Origin: Octopus vulgaris
Lineage: Eukaryota
DNA length: 64,000 nt
Reading direction: 5' to 3'
Assembly: GCA_951406725.2 (NCBI GenBank)
Contig: OX597818.1
Coordinates: 9,548,001-9,612,000 of the forward strand
The notes beneath the pieces were generated by a model. The model saw only the letters and a program-made list of their open reading frames with translations. It was not told the origin of the DNA and ran no database searches. This document shows positions 41,300-53,959 of this stretch, piece after piece (within the stretch, counting starts at the first letter, position 1; each line of letters starts with the position of its first letter). Made by a program: the position numbers and the translations under genes.

Positions 41300-42095
41300 C
41301 AAACAACTTGCACATGCAAGTGCTACCAGTTAAAATCTCCGTATACCGGAAGCTAGCAAGTGTATGGGGTCATCAGGAGAAAATGCGCGCCGTTTCGGGG
41401 CCTACCTCTCGACGGCATCAATGCGCACCGGCCCCCCTCACTGATATGAGGCCCCGCTTGCTAGATCAGCTGGTTATGAAGAACTCAATATACTTCTAGC
41501 CATCGCTCATCGTCTCTTTTTAACCAAATCCAGTGGCTAGCCTTCTCCACTGTAGATTGGATATCAGTCATGGTGGTATTGACTTTACGATGAGTTAAGC
41601 CTATCGATAACAACAGCCGTCTCACGCTGTATCCAACAAACCCTCTACATCCGACTTCGATAGGAAAATGTTCCGCTTTCCAGCCTGCGTCTTCACATTC
41701 CTCGAGGAGATTTTCATAACGGTTCAATTTTCGAGCCCGAGCGGCGTCCGTATTATCTTCATGAGGAACCGTTAGCTCGACTATATTTACAACTTTCTTT
41801 CTTTCACACCACATCAAAATATCTGTTTTTTTCGAAACTGGGATGGGAAAGAAAACCTGGCACCCAGGTAAATCTGCAGTTACCTCCCAATAGCCGTTCC
41901 ACTTTTCATTTTTCTCAGGAAGTTTCTTGATCTTCTTCTTGAAACGGATCCGCTGACCTGGTCGCACGAAGGTAATGAAATCTCTTGATGGTACTTTTAA
42001 CGGTTTTTCTATTAACTGAGTGATATTGTTCAAACTCCACATGTTTGATAAGTCTTCTTCAAACGTCACATGCTGGTTGACTAAGTCATCTATGT
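41300..42095 (-). mobile_element. HERO-like (R2-group, restriction-like endonuclease) LINE, 5'-truncated 3' end
   Basis: ORF 41485-42069: KTDILMW..IVELTVPHE..KLNRYENL..GW..FPIEVGCRGF..EKASHWIWLKR, a PD-(D/E)xK RLE C-terminus. GC-rich structured 3' UTR. Confidence 0.9.
41353..41464 (-). ncRNA. Scrambled-order (pseudoknotted) hammerhead-like motif in the LINE 3' UTR
   Basis: CTAGCAAG/CTTGCTAG, GGGGCCT/AGGCCCC, GTGCGC/GCGCAT, GCCGT-C/GAAACGGC, GAGAG/TTCTC and an intact CTGATGA. Confidence 0.7.
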
Positions 42096-42097
42096 TG

Positions 42098-42222
42098 ATT
42101 CTTCTTCTTCTTCTTCTTCTTCTTCTTCTTCTTCTTCTTCTTCTTCTTCTTCTTCTTCTTCTTCTTCTTCTTCTTCTTCTTCTTCTTCTTCTTCTTCTTC
42201 TTCTTCTTCTTCTTCTTCTTCC
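42098..42222. repeat. (CTT)n microsatellite
   Basis: Pure run adjoining the 5' truncation point of the HERO-like LINE. Confidence 0.97.
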
Positions 42223-42859
42223 TCACTAAAGGCAAATAAAAGGTTCTAATCAGAAGCGAAGTGTTGTCATTGTGTTCGACATCCACAGAAATTTACAGGC
42301 TCTTTATAGAGATGATACCATTCACAAAAGCAATGTGTATTGATAAATGAACTTAAAGATGGTTAAATGAGAACTAGAGAAAACCACGTACTTGGAGACT
42401 GACCTCAGATCAATAGTTTCCTTTGATTTCTTTTGGCACCCCATTGCTTATATAGTAATAGACTCTCCAAATATGAAACCAGTTAATAATTTCCAAGCGT
42501 GTAATAGGCGTATAATTCGCGACTTTCCTCGTTTTTCTTTAACATACTCTGATATTACTGATCTTCGGCACTCATGTTAGCGTTCCATTATATATACACT
42601 TAGTAAGAAACGGTTGTTTATAACTCCGCTTGCTTGTAATAGTTTTAAGCATGAATCCCTAAACATTATTCAGCCCAGGGTCTTTCGAATCAGGATTGTT
42701 ATTAAACACATTTTTGTCTTGCTCGTCAGTAATATTCGTAACTCATTTTAATCTATTTTTGAATTCCACTTTTTAATGTGTAAGACCAGTCCGCCTGCCT
42801 GTTACATTAATATGCTTTACTTCATATACCTATCCAAAAGTTCCTTGCTTCTTCCGTAT

Positions 42860-44200
42860 TTTCATTGCTTAGCTCCGAGATGCTAGTAATGTGTACTTCT
42901 ATTGTTTCTAAACACCCTGTTCCGTTGTTAAATGTTTATGGTTAGCATCAGAGTGCCGGATGCCAGGCACACCGAAGTGGTTCTCACCGCCCTAAGGGAC
43001 GAAAATGTGTTGACATGAAAAATTCGGTCACAACATACAGCAGCGATCTGACTGTCCCTGCAGCTAGTTACATGGAAGGCTGATTCATGCCATGAAATAG
43101 TATTTTGTGGTGCTGGACGGACCGACTAAATAGCTCGACTTTCACCAACAGAAGAAAAGCTAGGAGGAGGTGATGAACGTGGATAGGGGCAATCTCACAG
43201 AGAAATCCGCCGAAGGAAAGAGATTCCTGAAAGATTGAGTAGATGTGGCGAACTTCTTCAGGTGTTGTGCTGCATGAACACTTCTTTGTTAGGTTTTGCA
43301 ACTGTTATAACTCTACCAGCATGGTCACGTCTACATCGTATGCCGACACGCTTCTCTTACATCTTAGTACGCGCGGCAGTTTCCGCAGTAGAGGCTCTGC
43401 ACAAGAAATGAGAGGAGACAATTTTGACAGAGCGCTTGAAACTGGATGGCTACTATAATGACTATTTACTCGAACCACCGAACAAATGTTGTTACACATT
43501 ACTGCCATCCAAGGCGGGACTGGAATCGAAGACAGCCGCTAAGTATCTATGGTCGGCCTTATCGAAAGTTTTTGAGTGATATAAATTATCAGGGCCACTA
43601 CCCTACCAGTTTATTTACCTAAAATCTCTGCAATACTGCATGAGGTGGAGGCTATAGAGAGGTCTGTTCGGAATGGCGCATTAACTTGGATCTCACATCA
43701 GATTAGTGACGGCAAGCCTCAAACTTTTGGCTAATACATTGTCCGAAATTTTGAAGTCTGCAATTAAGAGAAGACCTAAATTTCTTTTTATGTGATACCT
43801 TTTGTATGGGTCCTTTCTTAGCAGTGCCAGAGCTCCTCGACTCCAAATAAAATATTTTAATCCGGCGCAGCGAACCATTGCATGTCGTATTTTCGCGACT
43901 GTTATCCGTTTTCATAAACTTCATTCCATTACAAAAAATTGAGGCAGGCCGTCGAGGTGGGCACTGAAGCCCATACTCTGTTTGGTCAGCTATTCATCTC
44001 GAACAGACGATGAGGTGTTGCTATGAATCCGTGCATTTTTTCTAGGAATTGAGTAGCATGCATCCATTATGGTTAACCAAAGACTGAACTGCGGCTTGTT
44101 TTCGCATTGCACCTTGCTAATAGGGCAAAAGTGATGAATGCTTGCGTCCCCACTTTCATATATTACCCCAGATCGTCGTGCTTTTCTCCAGTTCCTATCT
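42860..44200 (-). mobile_element. Old degenerate Tx1/L1-like RT fragment
   Basis: ALLRKDP..LLIADFKISDNVLAKSL and EPLLRKL..SVSAYDVDVT align by eye with TLLKKDL..LLNADLKILAKVLAKRL and EPLLRKL..SVSAYADDVT of the 2030-4770 element. Confidence 0.75.
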
Positions 44201-45099
44201 GAACCCCATCATACCATCTTTCCTGAAGGCTATTGACCAGTATAACTGAGCGCAGATTAGGTTCTATATTGGATTCTTCAAATATGTACATGCGTTTTGG
44301 CAACATCGTATTCTTTTCGTGCCATTTGAAAAGTAATTACTGCACAAAATGGGACTGTGTATATTATTCGATAGCAGAATCACGTTTAAACACACTTGGA
44401 TCCAGCTCAGAGAACTGTGTGAGGAGTCCCTCTGGATATATCAAATGTGCATGGACATTGAGCAATCACATTGGATTACTCAGACTGGGGAATGGATCTA
44501 CATAGAGTGAGCGGAAATAGTTCAGAGTATCAACAATTTCAACCTGTCAGCTCCAACACTAAAAATCTACATCTGGCTTCATGGAGCAATCAAACAGCAG
44601 CTAATTAGGCCTACCTAATTAAAAGGTATAGAGTGGGATCCCATTACCGGAAGTTGAACACAGAAGGTTAGCCAATTTAATTAGGCGGCGATGATCGTCA
44701 TCGGAAATGTGTAGCTAGAGCAAAATCAATAGTGTTAAATAAAGCAGCAGTGCTGGAAATGTATTAGCTAATGAGCAAATTAACAGAATCCATTTGGAAA
44801 AGTATAGTGAAAGTCGTCACGACCATGTCTCCAACGCGCATCATAAATTTTGCGTTATTAGATGGAACATTATTTTCGACTTATATCTCTGTTAGATGGG
44901 GAGTGAAATATTGTTACCAAAATGCAAAGATGTTGCTGTTAATCGTCAGTAGTGTGTCCAAAAAAACTTGCAGAAATTCGCAATCCAGACAAGATCAATA
45001 TAAGACAGCTTCGGCTTTCAATGTAAAAAGCAAATCTAAATAGCAACCTATACATCGCTTATGAAGAATATTTTCCCCTCTTCATTTTTTTTTTCAAAA

Positions 45100-46050
45100 C
45101 AGAACATGGGAAAACCGAATAGGCATATACTGATATCATTATCGTAATGATTTCGAATACGACGGATATTGAGGTGGTTAGTAAAGTTCTAAATGAATAT
45201 GAAGTTGTTATATTAGCAAAGATTAAATCGGAGAAGGCGGTGAGCTCACAGTTCTGCCAGTTGACAAGCAAGTTCATGCTGTCGGATCGGGTCATGGCAT
45301 GCTGGACCGACGGTTAAGTTGTTTCGAATCTGGTTATGCTCGGGCCGTCGGGTGGACAGAAACATATGTGAAATTAAGTGTAGATAACCAGTTTTCTAAG
45401 AAAATGGAACGAAAGAAAACCATCACTCAAAGATCGGCCAAAGGATGAGAGCGCATAGTACACTCCCATTATTTATGGCCGTTTGTGTTTTGCTCCACCC
45501 AATACGTGGCCAGGTTACAGTGTCTCTTTCGCCTCTTGGGGAAAGGATGTGTTTCACTTGTGATGTGATCTATCTGCTTCCAGCTTTGTATATACGGCGC
45601 GAGCGATAAGCCGTGGATGAACAAATAAAAGAAGGTGCTACACCTTTTCTGCTTCATTCTCACATAATAGCTCTATTTGACGGAGCTGAATAATGCAAAA
45701 CTACGATTAGAGATCTAGCATCTTGTCTGTTCTGAAATTCTCACAGTCCTCTATCATATAAAGGAGAGAACTCGCTTTCCATCGTGTCCAAACTGAAGGT
45801 CGCATTGCATGAAACGTACGCATTTTTTCTCTTTTTTGTGGCTATGGCGTACACGTTTGTGTGGTAGACAAGACTGAACTGAAAAAGACAGTTCTTCGTT
45901 AGTAGCCTAGCTGCCATCAACTTTTTATTTGGAAATGACTGAGAGATTAGAGAGGAATGTACTCTTTCATAATAAATTAGTTGAAAAATGGATTGTGAAA
46001 ACAGCCCGTGAAAGCCGTGAAAGTTGATTTATTCTCAACGTACTCCTTAC
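45100..46050 (+). mobile_element. Old degenerate Tx1/L1-like RT C-terminal fragment, opposite strand
   Basis: AYTDIIIVMISNTTDIEVVSKVLNEYEVVILAKIKSEKAV..CWTDG and FRLLGKGCVSLV align with AYADDVTVIMSSHEHIEQVGETLKNYEAVTGAKINREKSV..RWTDG and FRFLWKGCVPMV. Confidence 0.75.
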
Positions 46051-46324
46051 GCCAACGAGAGATCGTTGAGGAAAAGCAAATATTCTTAACAGTAAGCGGA
46101 AGAATACAGAATAACAGGGATGCCTTGAATATCCTTCAGACAAACTTTCATTTTCCATTTTCTATTTTCAATTTACTTCGTAAACCGGCACGCTATATTC
46201 TAAGTAACGGTCAGCTTCATCTGATACTTCAGAGGGAAATATCATCATCATCATCGTCGTCGTCGTCAACGCCATCGTCGTACTTGTCGTGGTCTTCATC
46301 TATACTGTTGCTGCTGCTTTCCTG

Positions 46325-46434
<110 letters not shown>

Positions 46435-46764
46435 TGTGACAGGATCTGCAGATGCCGAGCAAATTACAAATTTTCTTGCAGCTTTAATTTAAGTCTCTTC
46501 ACGTCGTTATATTGTGAGAAAACGTGTGGACAAAGAAGGTTTAGATAATCTAGAAACATCGACAGAATTGTGAAAACTAATTCTCAAGCTTGCTATAACT
46601 ACAAAGAGAGAAAGAAAATAAACGTAAATTTATAGGAGTAAATGATAAAAAATAAAATAGACAGAAATACAAGAACGTCACGTTCTTAATAAGATGACTT
46701 CGAAATAACAATTGCTTCCCGTGTGCCATAGTTTTTATACATATATGGTTTACTGTATGTGCCA

Positions 46765-46828
<64 letters not shown>

Positions 46829-47162
46829 GTATATATATATACTGGTAGGTGGATAGAGATATGCATATGCATACACTTGTAGATTTATGTAAGTATGTAT
46901 GCATACATGTATGTAAGTTTGTATGCAAGTAAATACGCATGTGTGTGCGTGTGTGCATGTTTGTAATGATATGCAAACCAAAAGAAATATATGTCAGTAT
47001 ATCATGGATACATGAGAGGGGGAAAAACAAAAATATGCAGAGAAAGAGACAGAGAAGCGGGGACAAAGAAAAAAAGAAAGGACGAAATTCCAATTTCCAT
47101 TTGCAGGTCTGAACGCTGTGAACAGCAATTTTCCAGTTGCTATTTGTATACGTAAATATTTA

Positions 47163-47214
<52 letters not shown>

Positions 47215-47449
47215 TAAATATATATACATATATACATATATATATACATATATAAGTATATATACATATATACATATATATATATGTGTATATGTATATA
47301 TATATACATATATATATACATATATACATATATACATATATATATATACACATATATATATATACATATACATATATATATATATATATATACATACATA
47401 CATACATATATACATATATACATATATATGTATATATGCATATATATAC

Positions 47450-47494
<45 letters not shown>

Positions 47495-48549
47495 GATTAA
47501 GAGAGTAAGATATATAGAGAAACAGAAATATAGGGTAAGATTACGAATACATGGTAGTAATATATGCTTCTGTCTTTATTTCACACCTATATTTATCTAA
47601 ACTCCTGGTAGTATCTCGATTAATCAACGTAAGTGTATGTATGTGTCACTATATTAGTAGATAGATTCTAGTGGATATAGGCCATACGAGTGTGCGTGTG
47701 TGGTGTGTGTCCTTATTTCTGCATGCACATGTGTGTGTATGTGTGTGTGTATGAGTGTGCATGTGTGTTCTGTACGTGGTGTGTGCGTGCGAGCGTGCGT
47801 GTGTGTGTGTGTTCGTGTGAGCGTGAATGTCAGTGTATTTATTATGTAAGTGATTGAAGAAAACATCAACCGTGATTACTTATTTAAACTATAATACATT
47901 CAAATTCTGAAAAATTATAAGGCGACCAAGAAAGTACGATCAACGATAAATATGTAGAGAAAAATCCCTATCAGATTTATACAAAAAAAAAAAAAAAGTT
48001 AGTGTCCTGACCATATTGGAGAAGCACATTGTAATATTACTAATCATATATACATACATAAATCAGCAGTTTGAAAACAGTGCAAAACCTTGAAGCCATA
48101 AGCCTGCCTGTCTAGGGAAATTTATAATATAAGTAGCAATCAATAAGCGAGAAACGACTGTAATAAATTCTATTGCAACTTGTGCAATCACCTTACATAT
48201 TGTATTGAAGATTTCTTTAAAACATTTCACCGAATTCCATACTATGAGAAAAGATTATCACCATTCTTATCTTGAGTTTTCTAGTCAAGTATTGAATATT
48301 GATTTATAAGGAAGCAACATCTATCTATCTATCTTTCTATATATCTATCTATCTATGGACGAGCATATATATAAATATACACGCACACTACCCCTCCCCC
48401 CACATACACCACACTCATGCATACTCATACACACACATACACATATATGTGCACACAGAAATAAGGACACGTGCCACACACACACACACTCGTATATAAA
48501 TATATATATATATATATATACATACATATATATATATACACATACATAT

Positions 48550-48580
<31 letters not shown>

Positions 48581-48816
48581 CATATATATGTATATGTATG
48601 TATATATATATATGCATATGTATATATATATATGCATACATACAAACAGATATGTGGTGACATGTGTATGTGTATGTGTCTGTACGTCTTTTTGTGTATC
48701 TGTATGCCTACGTTTCTACTTTTTCTATCACTCTGATTCAACATAAAACACACGCACTCATACATACATACATACATACATACATACATACATACATACA
48801 TACATACATACATACA

Positions 48817-48847
<31 letters not shown>

Positions 48848-49629
48848 GTATTAGACGCACGGACCTATACACAATCAGATTTACACAAGCGCACGTAAAT
48901 ATACATTCCAGTCCACTTTAATTAAGAATCTTGAGTATGCCATAGCGATTGTTTTTGTTGTATGCAGCAAAATGATTGTAATGTCTACTGTTGCTGCTGC
49001 TGTTTGTGTGGAGATTTATGTTTTTGTTTCTCGCTGCTATTTCATTAGGATGTTCTAAATTGTTTTTCTCTTTTCAAGTAGAAATAAACGAAATTTATAT
49101 ATATGAGCGCGTGTATGAATACAAATATACATACATATATACATACGTACATATCTGTGTGTTTGTGTGTGGGTGTATATATAAATATATAAATATATAT
49201 GTATATAGATATAGACATATATATTTGCATGTATGAATGTATATTCATATATACATATATATATATATATAAATGTATGTATGTGTATATATACATATAT
49301 AAATAGATATATATACATGTATGTATAATTACATATACACACACACATAAATATATGTATGTGTGTGTATGTATGCATGTGTATGTCTCTGTATGTATTG
49401 TCGTGTTTGCGTCCTTCCGGTTTGTGTATGAGTACGTGTGATTATACGCGTGAATCTTTGTTTGCATGTATTGTTGTGCGTGTTTGCATATACGAGGCTC
49501 TCTGTTAGTGAGTGTGTGTGTGTGTGTTTGTGTACGTGTGAGTGCGTGTATGTGCGTGTGTCCAATAATGTTAGTGAAACTAAACACATAAATTATAAAA
49601 GTAAATATCAAGAATAACATCTACCGCGA

Positions 49630-50214
49630 AGATGACGACGCAACTACTGCTGCTACAGATGATGATGATGATGGCGGTGATGATGATGGTGGTGGTGATC
49701 GTGGTGGTGTTGATGGTGGTGGTGGTGGTGGTGGTGGTGGTGGTGATGATGATGATGATGATGATGATGATGAGGAGGAGGAGGAGGAGGAGGAGGAGGA
49801 TGGTGATCATGGCGATCATGGTGATCGTGGTGATGATGATGATGATGGCGACGACGGCTACGACCGTGGTCATAATCGTAATCCTGGTCCTCATCACGAT
49901 CATGATGATACTAAATATAAATCATGTGAGAATGAGTGCTCTGAACACAACAACCAGAATATATGAAATTAAAATGGCGAAAATAATAAATAATGATAAT
50001 GATAATAGTGATGAATTTTTCTTTTTTATTTCAGATATATTTATTTTTTTTTTAATAATAAAACGTATAAAAACGTAATATTCTTAATAATTTGAATAAT
50101 AGTGGAGAATAAAAGGAACAATAAGAAGAAGAATAACAATGACAATAATACAAAGGAGAAAACCCAGAAAAATCACAACAGCAACAAGGATGATGATGAT
50201 GATGATGATGATGT

Positions 50215-50294
<80 letters not shown>

Positions 50295-50330
50295 GTGTTG
50301 GTGGTGGTGACCAGGAGGAGGAGGATATGA
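49630..50330. repeat. Compound trinucleotide tracts (GAT/GGT/GAG; long (GAT)n at 50189-50293)
   Basis: Direct inspection. Confidence 0.93.
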
Positions 50331-51585
50331 AAAATATGAAATGTTATAATTAATAAAAAAAATATCCAAAAATATCATAAATGGGATTATAAAAAACGTT
50401 TCTGAAAAATATTCAATTAAAACGCACAACTTACATAAGCGAATCTGTATTGAGGAAGGAAAAGTATAAAAATATATCTTATTCATAATATTTTACACCT
50501 AACACACACGCGCACACAGACACACATACATAAATATATGTATCTATATCTATCTATTTATCTATATCTATATCTATCTATATATGTATATATAAATTTG
50601 CATACATACATATATGAGTATGTGTGTGTGTCTGTGTGTGTGTGCGTGTGTGTGTGTGTGCATATAAGTGTATATATATGAACGTATAAAATGATTATTT
50701 TTGATAAGGAAAAAAGAAACATTTTACATCTTGTGAATACTAATCATATAGAAAACAGTGAACGTTTCTTGAACGAAATGCAAACATCTACATAATGTCT
50801 GTATCTATTCACTCTTACAGTCTTACACAAAGATGCTCATACACACATTTATATCCAAAAGTATATGTACGTGTACGACACATATATGCATATTACACAT
50901 ACATATTTTAAAGAGATACAGGTATATACGCAGATTGATGGATGGATACATGGATGGATGGACGGATGGACGGATGGACGGATGAAAGGATGGATGGATA
51001 CAGCAATAGAGCACCTCTGAAAATCGTATCAAGCGAGAGCATCAAAGATATGTACAAAGTAGATGGAATGACCGACTGAGCATTTCTCTGAACGTCATTC
51101 AACAGTGAACGCCAGCTCGGATTGTATGCTAGACACCGTTGACAGTCCGGTAGTGATGGAGGAATTATGTACATTTCCGACAACTGGAAAGCTTTTTAAA
51201 ACCATTAACTATCTTCTCTCTGGCAAGTAAGCGGGACTTGGTGTCATTCTATCAGAAGCAATCAAGAGTGCAAAGTACATCATATTATACTTCTCCTTAC
51301 TCAGACATGCCTGTTGTGAAAAAAGAAAAATAAAGGCACAGTGCTTCCAGGCATATGTCGAATACATAAATACGATTTTACTTTGGTTTTATGTATAAAA
51401 ACAATATCAAGTGTGTCATAAAAACCTGAAAATATAAACTCTAAATATCATGTTTGAAAATAATACTTCAAAAATGCTCTACTATTTGAAACTTAACGTT
51501 AGCTTCAGTGCTATACAACGGATGTATATCAGTTATATTTTAGATTGAGAATTTGCACTGGATTGAATAAAGTTAAATTCGAAAC

Positions 51586-51653
<68 letters not shown>

Positions 51654-51712
51654 CTAGCTTCTGCACGCATTTTTTTCTCTCCTTGTTTCTTTCCGTGTTT
51701 CTTTTCTGTATA

Positions 51713-51750
51713 TCTTTCTGTTGAAGAGCGTAGGCTCGAAACGTAAAAGA
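51713..51750 (+). ncRNA. Ultra-minimal hammerhead variant in a ~200-bp element inserted in (AT)n
   Basis: TCTTT-CTGTTGA-A-GAGC-GTAG-GCTC-GAAA-CG-TA-AAAGA. Has an A6U change and a palindromic ACGT stem III. Confidence 0.65.
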
Positions 51751-51862
51751 CTTGTTTTATTTATATTCCTGAGCGATATACTAATACAATTGTTTCTTTG
51801 TATTCCACCTGCCTTCGTCTTTTGTTTATTTTCATAAAGCTTCCCGTTATATATATATATAT

Positions 51863-52429
51863 ATAATGTAAAGTATAGAAGCCATCTTATCATGGCTAAC
51901 CACATTGGGGAGGGGGTGTTACTGTAGCTTTATAGCCCCAAGAGATCTTCGTCTCTAGCTGGCTTTAGACACAATATCAGTGTCCTTGGAGTATTTGCAA
52001 AAGAGGCCATCCCTTCCTCGCAAGCCTGAGTGGTACACTCGAACTAGTTTCGGGATTGTTGTCCCTCGTCAACGGGCGGTAATCACCAGGTCGCGATGAA
52101 AGTGAAGGCTGCTTTGCAAACACATATAAGTTTTTCTAATGTCGAAAAACTAACAGTAAGCATAATTAAATCTCAGAATGAAATTGAAACAGTAATCGCT
52201 CGATAATGTAAAGTATAGAAGCCATCTTATCATGGCTAACCACATTGGGGATGGGGTGTTACTGTAGCTTTATAGCCCCAAGAGATCTTCGTCTCTAGCT
52301 GGCTTTAGACACAATATCAGTGTCCTTGGAGTATTTGCAAAGGGAGGCCATCCCTTCCTCGCAAGCCTGAGTGATACGCTCGAACTAGTTTCGGGATTGT
52401 TGTCCCCCGTCAACGGGCGGTAATCACCA
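51863..52429 (-). mobile_element. Retrozyme-like tandem repeat, 340-nt period, one hammerhead per unit
   Basis: Direct repeats 51863-52088 and 52203-52429. HHR CGCCCG-TTGACGA-GGGA-CAACAA-TCCC-GAAA-CTAG-TT-CGAGTG at ~52036-52078. The second copy has A9G. Confidence 0.8.
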
Positions 52430-53252
52430 TAATACCGATAATCAGGTTTTACACTGATTGCCTGCCATTAAAAGACTGACCTGGATATATGTATAATTTG
52501 TATGCATATGGTTTCTTACCAGAAACAAAGTAATATATACAGGCAAATATATGATATATATGTATATGAACACATGCACACAATCATATGTGTGTATATA
52601 TGTGTGTATGTGTGTGTGTGAGGAGCCTGCGGACGATTGTGAGTGTGCATGTGTGTGTGTGTGTGTGTGCGTGCGTGCGTGTGTGTGTGTGCGTGCGTGT
52701 ATGTGTGTGCGTGCGTGCGTGTGTGTGCGTGCGTGCGTGTGTGTGCGTGTGTGTAAACATGTGCGCGCATTTATATATATATATATATATATAGGAAAAA
52801 TAGAAGTGAAAATGCGCTGAGAATAGTAAAAATATTTTTTAACTATTTTTTTTAACGTAGTGAGAAACGTACAGAAGGTTATAAACTGAATCATGAGTTC
52901 ATTCTCTACAAACACTTGATTGTTTGAACATGTTCAGTCAACCGTATCAACCTTAACTTATGATGCCAAGCATTGTCACTTGATACTAACATACGGACGT
53001 AGCGGGGAACCTACAAAAATTTCTAAGACCAGTCACGGGAAACTCCTCTACCAATCAATTCCTGTTCAAAACATATAATAATTTGAGCCATGAACTCCCT
53101 AATAAAGCGGGACAAACTTCAAACCCTAGTCAGAAGCAAGACAGCTGCGACATAATCCACGTCTTTCTATTCCATCTTTTTGTAAATCAATGTAAACTAT
53201 GAAACCGGTTAAAGCTATTTCAACTTATCATTATGGAATAAAAATTAGTTTG

Positions 53253-53397
<145 letters not shown>

Positions 53398-53760
53398 CAT
53401 ACATACATACATACACACATACATATACATATACATAAACACACACAGATATATATATCGAAACACGCTGGAGTTGTCTTGTAGTTGTCTTGTACTCTGT
53501 TTTTTCGTTGTTAAAGGAATGGTCCGTTCCATGCTGTTTTTACGTTTTCGTTTCTCGTTGAGTTCTACGTCTATTTGTGGTGTCCTGTACACACGTATAT
53601 ATATTTATATATGCATGTATATATATATGTAGATGTAGGTACGTACATATATGTTTGTATGTATGCATATATTTTATTTATTACCCTATTGTATGACTGA
53701 GCGCCTTCGCGTCGATTCGATTCGTTTGGTTTCGTTTCGTTTCTTCTTCATCTCTAAGCT

Positions 53761-53798
<38 letters not shown>

Positions 53799-53860
53799 TA
53801 CATATATATATATATATATATACATACATACATACATACATACATACATACATACATACA

Positions 53861-53892
<32 letters not shown>

Positions 53893-53959
53893 AAAATTCA
53901 AAATATAACGTGCCTTCAATGGCACAACTATACAGAGTGGACTGTAATAACTGTTTATA

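Noticed and set aside
49580-50486. Poly-M/V/R/D/H ORFs
   Set aside because: Trinucleotide-repeat artefacts with no unique coding context.
53459-53595. GAAACACG..TTGTTAA in a T-rich repeat ending GTCCTGTAC
   Set aside because: Could be another scrambled-core remnant, but no supporting helices are visible.
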